Shown here: positions 36,175 to 47,825 of the stretch, piece after piece | Position numbering within the stretch: the stretch's first letter is position 1 | Layout: every line of letters begins with the position of its first letter | From: Trypethelium eluteriae | Taxonomy: Eukaryota | Length of the DNA: 51,879 nt | Assembly (NCBI GenBank): GCA_051942245.1 | Contig: JAVECL010000013.1 | Span: 62,001 to 113,879, forward strand | Direction: 5' to 3' | Notes under the pieces: generated by a model | Told to the model about the DNA's origin: nothing | Seen by the model: the letters and a program-made list of their open reading frames with translations, nothing else | Database searches by the model: none | Made by a program: the position numbers and the translations under genes

Positions 36175-36400
36175 TAGATATGTGAGCAAATAGGAGCGGT
36201 TAGGTTTCAGCAGAATCAGATGATTGTAGAGTCTTATGAGTAGCCAAAGCCCCCCGACATTTAATCAGTTGATATGAAACTGCCCGAGACCGTTTCTACC
36301 TTACGGCCTCTTCCTACATCTGATACCTACGACTTGCATTGGCGTGCTGTCATATGAACTGATGACAATCACCACTCAGGGAGGTGACTGGAGTATGTAG

Positions 36401-36440
36401 GAATTGCTCCAATTCTGAATTGTTCCAATTCTGAATTGTA
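36401..36440. repeat. Short ~16-bp tandem duplication (GAATTGTTCCAATTCT)
   Basis: gaattgctccaattct gaattgttccaattct gaattgt. Confidence 0.8.
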
Positions 36441-36639
36441 AAGATCTTTATGTAGATGTCTCAGACGGGCTCAAAAAGCCCAATTAAAGGATGCCGTAGA
36501 CATTGGATTTGGAAGGATGCTGTAGACCCAGTGGTAGTCTCTTCTTCGAGATCTCGCCTGCCTCATTCTTTAGAGCGTACTGAGATGAACATTGCTCCTT
36601 TTGATGTCTTTTAGGGTTTCCGTCTACAGTCGTCAACTA

Positions 36640-36745
36640 CCTTACCGCGGTTGGGGGGTTCCTCAACTGGTAATCAATACAATGTTATCTCAATTTTATT
36701 GTTATGGCCATGTTAGCTCATTTCAACGCCACCTCCGCGGTAAGG
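36640..36745. mobile_element. MITE-like element copy 2 (106 bp), inverted relative to copy 1
   Basis: ta|CCTTACCGCGG ... CCGCGGTAAGG|ta, a perfect 11-bp TIR. The interior CTGGTAATCAATACAATGTTATCTCAATTTTATTGTTATGGCCATGTTAGC aligns with the reverse complement of copy 1. Confidence 0.72.
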
Positions 36746-39127
36746 TATGCTTGAGGAGGGTTGAGGTTTACCATTTGCCCTGCTTCTATTCCTACTGGAG
36801 CATAAACTTGATCGCCATCTACTGCCTTCAGAACCCAGGCTGCTGAATAGCTATGAAATATCGTGAGCGTCGAGTTTGAATCTGCATCCTTTCTGTCGAC
36901 AATGCAGAAGCGCCGACAGACCAGTGCAATAGGAGGACCGAGCTGTTCCTTACCCGTATTGCCTCATATCAATTCGAGACAACTGCTATGATGATCATAA
37001 ATCGTCCAATATCGACCAACCTGCATGTACCGTACGTATTGGGGGCAATATCAAGCACTCCCATCCCTCAACTTGGAAGGACGGAACACGCGGAGGATGC
37101 TCTTGGCCCGCTCTGCTGCCCTTTGAGACGAAATGTTGTACAAGAACGGGCCTCAATCAAGATCTGATATGTCGATTAAGGCAAGGACAATGGTGCCCAA
37201 CAAGGATGGAGTGGCTAGGAAGGCTGTGCACCTGGGCTTGGCGTTTGACAAGGCAAAGCTTCTACGGACTTCACAGCATCCTGATTACAAATGGAATATA
37301 AGCAAAAAGCATTGTAATCAGGATCCTTCGATGTTACCCTATCTCGGCTTGTTGCTATGGGAAGAGCATCAATGAGGAGAAGAAACGAGAAGACAGGGGG
37401 GGTTAAGCGAAGGAAATATACAGATCCAGCATTGAGCCATAGAGGGTTAGAGGTCCTTCAGCTTTCAGGCGATTGCCGTCGCAAAGATTCCAACTAAAAG
37501 ACGCTTCGGCCAGTATAGAAACTGTGTTACTAAATGGCTCATTCGTTGATTCCAGGGTCGGAAAGTTAAAATAACAGGAGTCTTTCTCCGAAGTCGGTAG
37601 TCGGTTGAAATGTTTCAGCACCAGTCCCACAGTCCCGGTACACTCAATTTTTGAGCCTCCATTGAGATCCGTAGATTTGCGGACATTTGATGGCCAATCC
37701 ATAAGTCGGGAGTCAACTCTCCAAGAGGCCAAACCGGCAGTGAATTGAAGAGTGTCAAGCCCTCTACCAGAAACTAGTCGGAGACATCGGGAGAGTCATC
37801 TGGAATGCTCTGGGCTGCATCTTACGGCTACCGGAGACCATCTAAAGACCGGCATGCCGTTTTCGGCATCCAAGACGGCTCCCTCCGCACGGAATCGTGA
37901 GTCTTGCTTGGACGTCAGGGATCTCATTGTTTACTTTGAGTGAAAAGGCCGATATGATCAAAGATCATAACGCTTCAAGGGGCAACAAAGTTTCGACAGG
38001 AAAAAGATTCAAACCAAGAGAGGAGAGATCATCAGGTGCTAAGACCCCCAAATTCTTAAAGCATGTACTCCGTACATACCGAGCACATCACCTTCACCAC
38101 ATGCTCCCGGCTACCGCAATACGGACGGGACATCCCATGTTCTGTGCTGTTCTTAGCACTGCCAAGGGCTGCGATCCTTGGGAGGAGAGTTCGGTGGGAG
38201 TTTCACCGGGGTCTGGGGAAGACACCAGCACGTTGTCGAAGGGAGGAAGGTTTCACCAGCATGACAATGGTGACAAGGTCTTGGTGGTCTTCGGTGGTCT
38301 TGGTATGGGCCAAAGTGGGCAAGAGCGACATGGGCAGCGTGGTGGTCCCGAAGTGCCGGTGACGTCGGTTGTGCGACCCCTCCTTCCAGCCAATCCGACG
38401 GGCTGACGTCTTGAGACGCTTGTTTGGGTTGTTTGTAAACTCGCACGACGAAAAGTGACTCGGCTTCGGGAGATGCGTTTTCCAGGGCCGTCAATCCGGT
38501 TGTGGGCAAGACTTGTGAATTTTTGTTGCGATCGCCCCCCATCGAGCAGTTGGGCGTGGCGTGAGGACTTGGCGAGGGCAAGGACAAGGCAGCAAACAAG
38601 TCGAGCTCAATCAACGTCAATGGAGGAGAGGAGCTTACCGTGGTGACGATCTCTCGACGGCGGCCTCGTGTCTTCCCGCATGAGATCATGGGCGCGCGGC
38701 CCTTCGACGGTCGGGCGCGGACCAGCAGCGATTCGTTCTATCCCTTGGCTATCCTTGGCCCTCCTTGGCCCTCCCCTAGCCCTCCCCGGCCGATACCTCT
38801 CGTTCGACCACAATGCATCAACTCGCTGCTGCCCAGCCAATCTCACGCTCGTTGTCTGCTTCCAAAAAAGCACGCATGCACCCCGCAGCATGGCCAGCGC
38901 ATCAATCTCGGCTGACGGGCCCGCTCGAAGCTTCCTTTTCATCACGGCCTGCCGCCCACTTTGCTCTGCTCTGACTCAACACCTGATTCTTCACACTTCT
39001 CAACTGCCTTATCGTCTCGCCGACCAGCTGTTCACCGTTGTTCATGTTCTTGTTACTGCTAGTAGATCACTGAAACTGTTTGGCCCCGATTGCGTGCCTA
39101 GGCTTAGAGGCACGTACAATATCCAGG

Positions 39128-42100
39128 ATGGTGATTCGCCGCCGAGAGGAAGACTCCGAGTACAGGTATTACCCTACTTGTTATATTCATGACTTTTGAG
39201 ATTGCTTGCCTACTGGATGCATGTACTTTTTGGCTTTGTACTCTTTCTTTCGTCTCTCTTTTCATCCTCCATGGAACCTTACCTTCTGCCGGCCTTGATA
39301 CCAGACCTTCAACACCGTCCAATCAAGATCACAAGGGAGCTCCGGAGATATTGCAGATACCGGTTTTGGGATTGGCCTTGGATGCACTTGGAGTCCCTTC
39401 TGGATACAACCGCTTGGCCAACTAGACCTGTTCGCACCTTCGGCATCTGTGGGCGTCTTCAGACCGACCGTAGACTTGCACAAATTTGCTGTCTTAGTCA
39501 TGCCTGGAAAACACAGCTCCTCAAGTGCCGATTGATTGTTTCTCGGGCCTCGCGATGCTGGTGCCAAAGTGTTGTACGCTTGGCATCTACTACGCTGGTT
39601 CGATTTGACAAGTCTGCGAGCTCCTTGTTGGATTCATGCTTGCAACAGTATTATTAGATACATATCCGCTGAGGAGTCTGGGTCCCCTTGTACCTTCGTG
39701 AAGGCATCGATGAGATTCGCGCTGGTGTGCAACCTTACTTTTACTCTGGAATTGGACTGGAGCCATTCTTACTCGCTTTTGTCATGACTATCTTACATAC
39801 GGTGCCCATTGTACATGCTGCAGATAAATTACTGGTTTCTGGCCTCGGACTGTCGGCGAGCCGCCTTTGGAAGTTAACGAGGGAGTTTACAAGGCCAGGA
39901 CATCAGTGACATACCTCAGGTTCACCGGAATACCCGTCACGGGGATTTAGCTTTGGAATAGACTATGCCTGGAGCTGCTGTAAAAACGCAGTGAACCATG
40001 AGAACAAAAAGTACGTGATGAATTGCTTCGTGAACCCCCTCAATGCGGTGGGCATCCACAGAATATGCACTAACAGAAGTCCCCAAGGAAAAGGGCATTG
40101 GATTGGACTTTCCTTGGACACCTGCTTCTGGGACTCTGTCTATCTGGGGGATTATCTACTTTCCGTACGGACCCGGACTCTTGTAGACGACTGCCACTAG
40201 GAGATTGCTTGTTTACTTGTTGGACTGTCCAAGGACTGGATCATTGGAGCCTGGCCTTTGCTGAACAAAATTCTTGGATTTTTGGTCTGTATATCCCGTC
40301 GTAACCAGATGCTCGTAGGCTGATCAGTCAAACTAATACAGGTTTTTTCTTTCTATTCATGTTTCAAAGTGTTTTTCTCATTCAACGCATTTCAAAAAGT
40401 AATTCGTCGCAAAAGTGATCCCCCACTAACCCTTGCCTAGCCTCTTTCCTTCACACGAATCCCCAGTTGGAAGCTTTTCTTGCCTGAACCCATTGGACAT
40501 TGCTTTGTGGAACCAGTCCGTCTTGGGTGAACAGAACACAGATTGCCAATCGCATCCTATCTTTGGAGAGACTGAGGAAGACGTGACTGGTCATTTTGCA
40601 GATATGAGCTTCAGTCCGGATGACAATGTATCAACTACCTCCGGTATGGACAACAGCACATATAGTCACGTAAATTCATACCGCCGGATGTCCAGGACAG
40701 GCCATGGAAATCGGGTTTCTTTATCTCAACACCAAGGATTCCTATCTCATGGAATGGATCACCCTGGAAATGCGATTTCACCAGCTGTTCATTCCGAAGG
40801 TCGTGGAAGTTCACAGATCTCTTCTGACAGGAGCCAGGTGCCCCCAGGATTGATATCCTCCGGAACATCGGATCTCACGGAAAACACATTCAACACTTCT
40901 GACTATGCTAATCTCGCTACGGGCCAGGAATTTGGCCCCATGTCCCAGGCCGGATACTCTGAGCAACCCTTCTCACGCTTTCCCTCCCAATTCAATGACG
41001 TCGCAGTTGCGCAACCCCCTTATTTGCCAAATTACCCAACATTCACCAGGCATTTTAGTGATCCATCGAACCAAACAACATTTGCTCGGACTTTTTCACC
41101 CCATGAGAGCCAAGTCAGGAGCGGATCAGTCGCGAGCTTCGTGGATAGCGATCTCCCCGCAGCCGTTCCGGGCCAGTCCTTCTCGAGGCCTCCACTCATT
41201 CGTCAAAGTTCGTCTCAGACTTTTTCCATCAGGTCAACGACCGCTAGTGAGGGTGCTACTGCCTTCGACTCCACCATGGAAACTCCGCAGATGGCACAGT
41301 TCATGAAGCCTTCACCCCCTGACGTCAATGCTCACCTCCAGACAGGCTCTCAGCTCTCTCAGGATCCGCGCTATGACGGGACAGTCGAAGGACCTCACGG
41401 CTATCTGCAATACCCTATGTAAGTTGTGGCGCCGGTTCGTCTAGTATGTGTAGCTCATGGATATATAGCCCTGGTAGCTTCGATGCATCGTTCACAAGAC
41501 GAGAACCATCGAGTGTTCCGAATGTTCTTCCCTTTGATCAGGCCGATGACGATACGTATCTTCCATCCACCACAGCTGCAGTGCGTCAGTCAAGTGAAGA
41601 ACGAGGGGAGGCAGAGGCGAGACAAGCTCGTTCTCATCATCTTTACGCTGCCAATCCTCATCCAGACGACCTTTACCACTGCCCTTATGAAGCTTCGGAA
41701 AACTGCCCGCATAAGCCAACGAAGCTGAAATGCGTATATGAGTATGTATATTTCTTTAATTCGATTCTTACCACTAATCGCTATCCAGTAAATATATTGA
41801 TTCTCACTTGCGCCCGTTCCGCTGCAAAGCGCAGGCTTGCGCCACACTGCAATTCTCATCGACCGCATGTCTATTGCGACATGAGAGGGAAGCACACGGA
41901 ATGCACGGCCATGGTGCTAAACCACATTTATGCTCTTACAAGGACTGCGAGCGTTCCATACCAGGCAACGGCTTCCCTCGACGATACAACCTTTTCGATC
42001 ACATGAAGCGTGTGCATGACTACAAGGTCCCGCCTTCTCCACCTCACTCTACGATGGATAACCCTCCGAAATCTGCAGGACCTAAACGTCAGACTAGCCG

Positions 42101-42398
42101 GAAACGCAAGCCCACTGGACCCAGTTCGGATGAGAGTCACGTTTCCGAGAAAAGGAACAAGGTTGAGGTCTCGAGGAAGGCCGAGGATCTCCCACGCCCT
42201 GTGAATGAGGTCGTACAAGCAAGCCGTCGAATGTCCGAAATGAATAACCTGGAAGCCTTATGGAAAGATCGCTATGCTGAATTGTGTCAACACGTACAGC
42301 TCTTGGAAAGCCCTCAGGATCTGTTGAATCTCCAGAAAGTCAGCAATGATATTGGAAGCCTACATGAGATTGCTAAGCAGTGGAAAGGATTTGGATAA
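39128..42398 (+). CDS. C2H2 zinc-finger transcription factor of a Pezizomycotina-conserved family; proposed exons 39128-39165, 40441-41418, 41478(or 41469)-41741, 41789-42398; alternative start ATG 40604
   Basis: Zinc-finger array YHCPY...C-HKPTKLKC-YD|KYIDSHLRPFRCK...FSSTACLLRHEREAHGMHGHG-KPHLC...CERS-PGNGFPRRYNLFDHMKRVH. The acceptor CTAAC...TAG at 40440 is phase-compatible with an upstream ATG mini-exon (MVIRRREEDSEYS). The 5' exon is less certain than the finger region. Confidence 0.85.
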
Positions 42399-43516
42399 AT
42401 CAACCCTACTGGATACGAATGCAAGGTGAAGTTTAGGACCTGGTATTTTGGGCCGCCTCTGGCGTTTGGAGATCATGGACCTGGATTCTCCACGTTTCTT
42501 CTGATTTCTGGATTTCATACTAATACCCCTGATTTTTTAACATGTTCGGCCGTTCTCACTACTAGACCTGGCCTCAGCACCACTGCCTCCGGAGACAGTA
42601 CGGAAAAGGCCTGCAAGCCAAACGCCAGTATACAAAAACAAGTCAGAGAAGTCGCGGAAACCAGTCCGCGCGCACCGACCCTGCTGCTCTTTTTCATCGC
42701 GTCGCTTTTTCTTTCCGGTTGCATTTAACTGAGTTCTGTCTAACGGAGGAGGATATATTGTTGATTCTACGGAAGGTGTTGTAATGTTCGAGGATGCATC
42801 GATGTCTGTTCTGCGTGCTTTGCGCTTCCCGGATTCCCCAAGGTCAATGGATACCTACCGTCGCAAGGATTTCTCGCCCGCTCAGGTCTCGCCAGGACAG
42901 GTCAGCCTCACACTCTCGGACTAGAAAATCATCATTCGGTGATATGGTTTTGCGCCTTAGACCAAGGATAGGATTACGTTTTTCGAGATAGAGATTCTTG
43001 TTGTCTGTCATGTAGTGGTCGCATGAATATCATGGAAACATAGCAACGCCTTCTTCACCCTATGCACAACCTGACTGATGATGGACCGAATCATGAAGTA
43101 AAGTAGCTTTCATTCATTTTCGGAATGAAAATGGGTTAGTAGACATCATTAGGTTCATAGATTAGTATTAAGTAAAGGAAAGTAATTCAGCTGAGTTCTT
43201 ATTATTCGATAAAGTTTGAAAAGCGACGCTCCTCGCAATGCTAGTACCCCCGAACCAAACTAGAGTTACGCATGCTAGGCAGTGTCTCATCTTTGACGGT
43301 CCAGACGTTTCACATGACAAAGACCTCCGTCAGCTTCCATTCTCTCAACTTCCAAAGCCATATCACTAGCGCATGCAATCATTGAGGAGTCATTGTATCA
43401 ACAAAATCAGCTTTGTCCCAATTACCTGCAGTAACTGGCGAGCTGGTCAAAGTCGAGTAGGAAGCTTCAGTCTTGGCATCCACAACATACCTACCCCGCC
43501 GCTTCACATTCGAACC

Positions 43517-44150
43517 ATGGCATCCGCAACGAATTTCTTCGAGTTCAAGCCGCTTGATAGTGAGTTCCCTAGTTCTTGATGGAGTCCTAGATGTATCTGC
43601 AAGAGCATGCAATCTATATGGATACTCTCTCCCCAAATCACCTTATCAAAGCATTCTACGGTACTAACAACATCGTCCAGAGAAGGGCGAACCCTATCCC
43701 CTCACCAACGTCAAGGGCAAAGTCGTCCTCGTCGTCAACACCGCCTCCAAATGCGGCTACACACCGCAATTCGGCGCGCTTGAGTCGCTCTACAAAGACC
43801 TCCACGCCAAGCACCCGGAAGACTTCGAGATCCTCGGCTTCCCCTGCAACCAATTCGGCTCGCAAGACCCCGGGTCCAACGACGAGATCCAGAACTTCTG
43901 CCAGCTCAACTACGGCGTCAGCTTTCCCATCCTGGGCAAGACCAACGTCAACGGCGACAAGGCGGAGCCGGTGTGGGACTGGATGAAGGGCGAGAAGCCA
44001 GGGATCATGGGACTGAAGAGGATCAAGTGGAACTTTGAGAAGTTCTTGATCGGTCGGGATGGGAAGGTGAAGCAGCGGTGGGCGAGCCCCACGAAGCCAG
44101 AGGCGCTGAAGGCGGAGATTGAGAAGGAGCTCAACACACCTTCTTCGTAG
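43517..44150 (+). CDS. HYR1: Glutathione peroxidase-like thiol peroxidase (Hyr1/Gpx3 type); exons 43517-43559, 43681-44150; upstream in-frame ATG at 43373
   Basis: GKVVLVVNTASKCGYTPQ, ILGFPCNQFG-QDPG, FCQLNYGVSFP and IKWNFEKFLI. Confidence 0.95.
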
Positions 44151-44272
44151 ATGACGCTGGAGGATTTGACAATGAATGGTCTGGGTTGAGCATGGGAATA
44201 GAGAGTTATATGCAAATGGGTATCTCCACTACATGCAATACGATATCTACACGAGGTCTTCACACACTCGTT

Positions 44273-45622
44273 TCAACCTCTTTTCAACCGGCCCGATCTG
44301 CGTCTTGATTGCTGGCCGAGATCCTCGATATCCGGCGGCTGAGCAGCGTCTGGAGGCTCTCCCTCAAAATCAACCTTTCCGTCTTCCCTGACTTCGACCT
44401 CAACCTCTTGTTTCTTGATCGCCGTGCCGTCCACATCCTCTACCGCCTCCTCCGCCTTTACCTTTTTGATCTTCTCCCGTACTGCTCCGGGGCACAACCC
44501 CTTCTGTCCCAGTACGCAGTCTCCGCACTTCCTTGCCACAGGTGTACAGATCGTCTGTCCCAGTCCGACCAACAACGTATTAATCTCATGCCATTTATCC
44601 TTCGGTAACCATGCTTCTAAAATCGCCCTTGTTTCCTCAGGATTCTTCGTCTGATGCCACCCCCACAGATTGGTTATCCGATGCACGTGCACATCGACAC
44701 CAATCCCCTCTGTTCTACCCCATGCGGCGCTCATGGTCAGATGCGCCATTTTGGGCCCGACGCCAGGGAGTGAGATCAAGCCAGCGATGGTGGAGGGGAT
44801 ATCCGAGTCGTAATCGCGGGCAAGGATGCCGGCAGCTGCGATGATGTTCTTGGTTTTGGTGTTGTGGAAACCGACTTTGCCGATCAACTCGTTGAAGGTT
44901 TCTGGTGGTACGGTTAGGAGGGTTTGGATGGTGAGGCCGCCATGGAGCTCTTCTTTTAGGCGCTGCATTGCGATGGCTGTAACTGTGTCCTTGGTCTGGC
45001 TCGATAGCATGAGTGCTACTAATGTCTGGAATCGCTGGTCTTTGGGTGACGCTCGAGTGTCTGCGAGTCTTTCGCAGCCCACAGTATCCACTGGTGCCAG
45101 CACTGTTGAGCGCATCTCCTTGGTGAGACTGTACATTTGCTCCCAGTTGGGAGGTGGGTTGAGTTTGACCTCCCCAGAAGACGATACGAGGCGTTTCGCC
45201 GGAGCGCGTCGTGGTTTTCTGGGTAGGGGTTTCGAGGGGCTTATAGTTTCTTCTTTGATAACTCGTTTTTCTATTACGGTGGGGGAAGGTGTTTTGTCAG
45301 ATAAGGTGCTCTTCGAGTTCTTCTCCACAGGCGTGCCGTTGCTGCGCTTGCGCTTGCGGGATGACATCCTGAACGATTGAGCATTAGAACTTTCTGCATC
45401 GTTAGATATGTCGTTATCCGGAGGCAGCTCAACCTGACTAATAGGCGCTTGTTGGACCCCTAAGGACGGTTCCGGGTTGCCTTGATCAGCTCCATATTGA
45501 AAGCTTCGAAGGGACCGGGATATGGACTTGGATGGAAGTGCATCTTCAAACTTGCTTCTCCTAGATGAGGAGCTGGTTCCCACGGCTCGTGCAGCATCCT
45601 GAGTAATGCGAGAAGTTCGCAT
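44273..45622 (-). CDS. NTH1: Endonuclease III-like DNA glycosylase/AP lyase with 4Fe-4S motif, single exon
   Basis: APVDTVGCERLA, RFQTLVALMLSSQTKDTVTA, VGFHNTK, HhH LPGVGPKMA, GIGVDVHVHRI and the Fe-S motif CTPVARKCGDC...LC. Confidence 0.95.
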   Translation of the reverse strand: MRTSRITQDAARAVGTSSSSRRSKFEDALPSKSISRSLRSFQYGADQGNPEPSLGVQQAPISQVELPPDNDISNDAESSNAQSFRMSSRKRKRSNGTPVEKNSKSTLSDKTPSPTVIEKRVIKEETISPSKPLPRKPRRAPAKRLVSSSGEVKLNPPPNWEQMYSLTKEMRSTVLAPVDTVGCERLADTRASPKDQRFQTLVALMLSSQTKDTVTAIAMQRLKEELHGGLTIQTLLTVPPETFNELIGKVGFHNTKTKNIIAAAGILARDYDSDIPSTIAGLISLPGVGPKMAHLTMSAAWGRTEGIGVDVHVHRITNLWGWHQTKNPEETRAILEAWLPKDKWHEINTLLVGLGQTICTPVARKCGDCVLGQKGLCPGAVREKIKKVKAEEAVEDVDGTAIKKQEVEVEVREDGKVDFEGEPPDAAQPPDIEDLGQQSRRRSGRLKRG

Positions 45623-45878
45623 AGTACTGCCCAGTGACACGGTGATTCGATTCCGGCGTCGCGGTGGCCGTATACGATTATTTACCCCTGAGTCGACGGC
45701 AAGCTTCCGTCTGATGCTCGGCGCAATATGGAGTAGCTCCGACGTCACTAACTACCTACCTACTCTACTCTACCCCAGAACAAGCTCGCACCTCTCGAAT
45801 CCCCCACGCAGATCGTCAACACGACAAACCCCTCTCGCATGCGCCTTGATACGCTACCTCTGGGGTACGAACTCTTCC

Positions 45879-46422
45879 ATGCCTTCGTCAGAGTATGCCT
45901 CTGTGGGAGGCGCACTCAGGCTCAAGGGATCGAAACCAGTCGGTGTTGAAAAGAAGCGGAAGAAGAAGAAAGTAAGCGCTACAGTCAATTCGGAAGAAAT
46001 GAAGTCGGCGCTTGAGAAAGTAGCAGAAGACGATACCAAGAGCCAAGCGGATGGTGTAGATGACGACGATCACAAAGACCGAGGAGAAGACGTAGTGTCG
46101 GACAGGAGGGACGGAGATGATGCTGGCTCGCAACCACTGGTAAAGACTAAGGCCGAAAGAGAGCAAGAGGACAGAAGACGACGTCGGGTAAGTATCAAGC
46201 TCGTCGTATTCAAAAGCACTGTTGCTGAACCACTTGGTTCAATGTAGCTCGAAGAGCGACTCAAACGAGAGGGCGTCAAGACACACAAGGAGCGAGTGGA
46301 AGAGCTAAATAAGTATCTGAGCAGCCTGAGCGAGCACCATGACATGTACGTGCCCATCGGATTCACGGTTTCAATAGTTGCTACTAACAAGAAATCACAG
46401 GCCAAGGATTGGCCCAGGATAA
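45879..46422 (+). CDS. FAM32A: FAM32A/DUF1754 family spliceosome-associated protein, 3 exons
   Basis: GGALRLKG, KTKAER, KTHKERVEELNKYLSSLSEHHDM|PRIGPG* signature. Confidence 0.9.
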
Positions 46423-47825
46423 CCTGTAGGGTTGCCCAAGATTCAGCCCAAGTAACTGCTCATAGTACATTCATACACTTTAGACGATGAATCGGCGCAA
46501 GAGATGGTGCTATGTGGCGTCTTCCAAGTTCAGTCAGAGCTCCTAAGTGGAACAGATGCCTACAATGGCATTCCTTATTGCATGACCTATTACGCTATTA
46601 CCCCTCCCTTCGTTACGGAAGTGCTCGCAGTTGATCTGTTCACCAATTTTTATCCTATCGTCGTATTTGAAGAAATACTTAGACGAGTGACCTGTAGACT
46701 CACTACATGAGGCTGCAGATGCTAGCCTAAAGGATGCCTTGCCGTAGATGGCCGTGACCTCACCAATGTTGTGTTTGTCTAGTAGAAGGGGTAGAGCTCT
46801 TGGTGATTTTAATAACGTGCCAAGCCACGCAGTGAAAAGCTGGCTGAAGTGAAGCCTAGAACATAAGGTAGCCTCTGGCGCAGCACGAAAGTCCGAAAAC
46901 GTCAACTCCCATTCTTGATACGTGACACCAACACTCTATCCATCTGCAACCCGACGCAGTGGGAAATTCCTTTGCCTGGAAACTCGGGCATTCAAGTCTC
47001 GTTTGCCATGCGCCCTGTCAGGTCGAGCTGCGCTACTCTGCTGGTGGATTTTGCGGCACAGAACTGATAGAATCCCGCTACGTAGTGTGTTAGGTCAATG
47101 TTCCTAATTTTTCCGGGCCCAATAAAGTTTCTCTGGTGATCAGTACGATGACAGCAGTCTACAGGTGAGAAAACTAAGACAAAGAGAATCACCTTAGTTT
47201 ATTTCCTAATTTCTTCAGAAAATGGGAGACCTTGCGGTCGGTCTAGTCTAAGAAAAGCTTTTCCAACAAGCTAAGTCTTGCGCTCTTATCGTTTCTACCA
47301 TGCAATGGACTCTTTTCCTTAAACAGTCATGTACTGGGGCACCGGGGCTTTCGGAATTTCCCAGTATGAAACGTGCCGCAAAGTCGCAGTCTAGCAAGGC
47401 TGTAGCGCTAGTTGGCGGCGCGAAAATACAACAGGACCAATCGCCGTAGGGGAGCCTCTCCTAGCCTCAAGTCCTGTTCCGGCTGACAGGGTTAAGCCAA
47501 ATGGGTGGTACTCGATCATTTGCTGTCGATCAGCCCTGGGATATCCGCGCTTTCAGGGCCAGAATGTTGGTAGTGCCGTCCAATAAGCGTCGGCTAAGCT
47601 GAAGATCGAACGCTCTCAGACGGGCTACTCGCTCGGGGAGATTGTGCCCACCTCGACAATGGGGGCTGGTGTAATTCACACCCTAGGGGAGCAGGGCGAA
47701 ACGGCTTCTTCAGTCGTGCTGTACGACCCACTGCTGTTCAAGGTCGGCCTCTTGCGTTTGCAAGCCAGAGCGAGGTGCTGTCCGGAAGACTCGTCTGGCA
47801 TACTTCCCGGAATCCTGGAGCGATT

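Noticed and set aside
36052..36747. CRISPR-like or tRNA interpretation of the repeated ~28-bp segment
   Set aside because: Eukaryotic context, only two copies, an inverted interior and no cloverleaf or box A/B; a TIR element fits better.
37403..39192. 100-178 aa ORFs upstream of the C2H2 factor
   Set aside because: No recognisable domain, many non-ATG starts and no supporting splice structure; consistent with a long regulatory region.
46543..46905. 120-aa minus-strand ORF between FAM32A and the protease-like gene
   Set aside because: TTG start, no motif, and no exon partners found.
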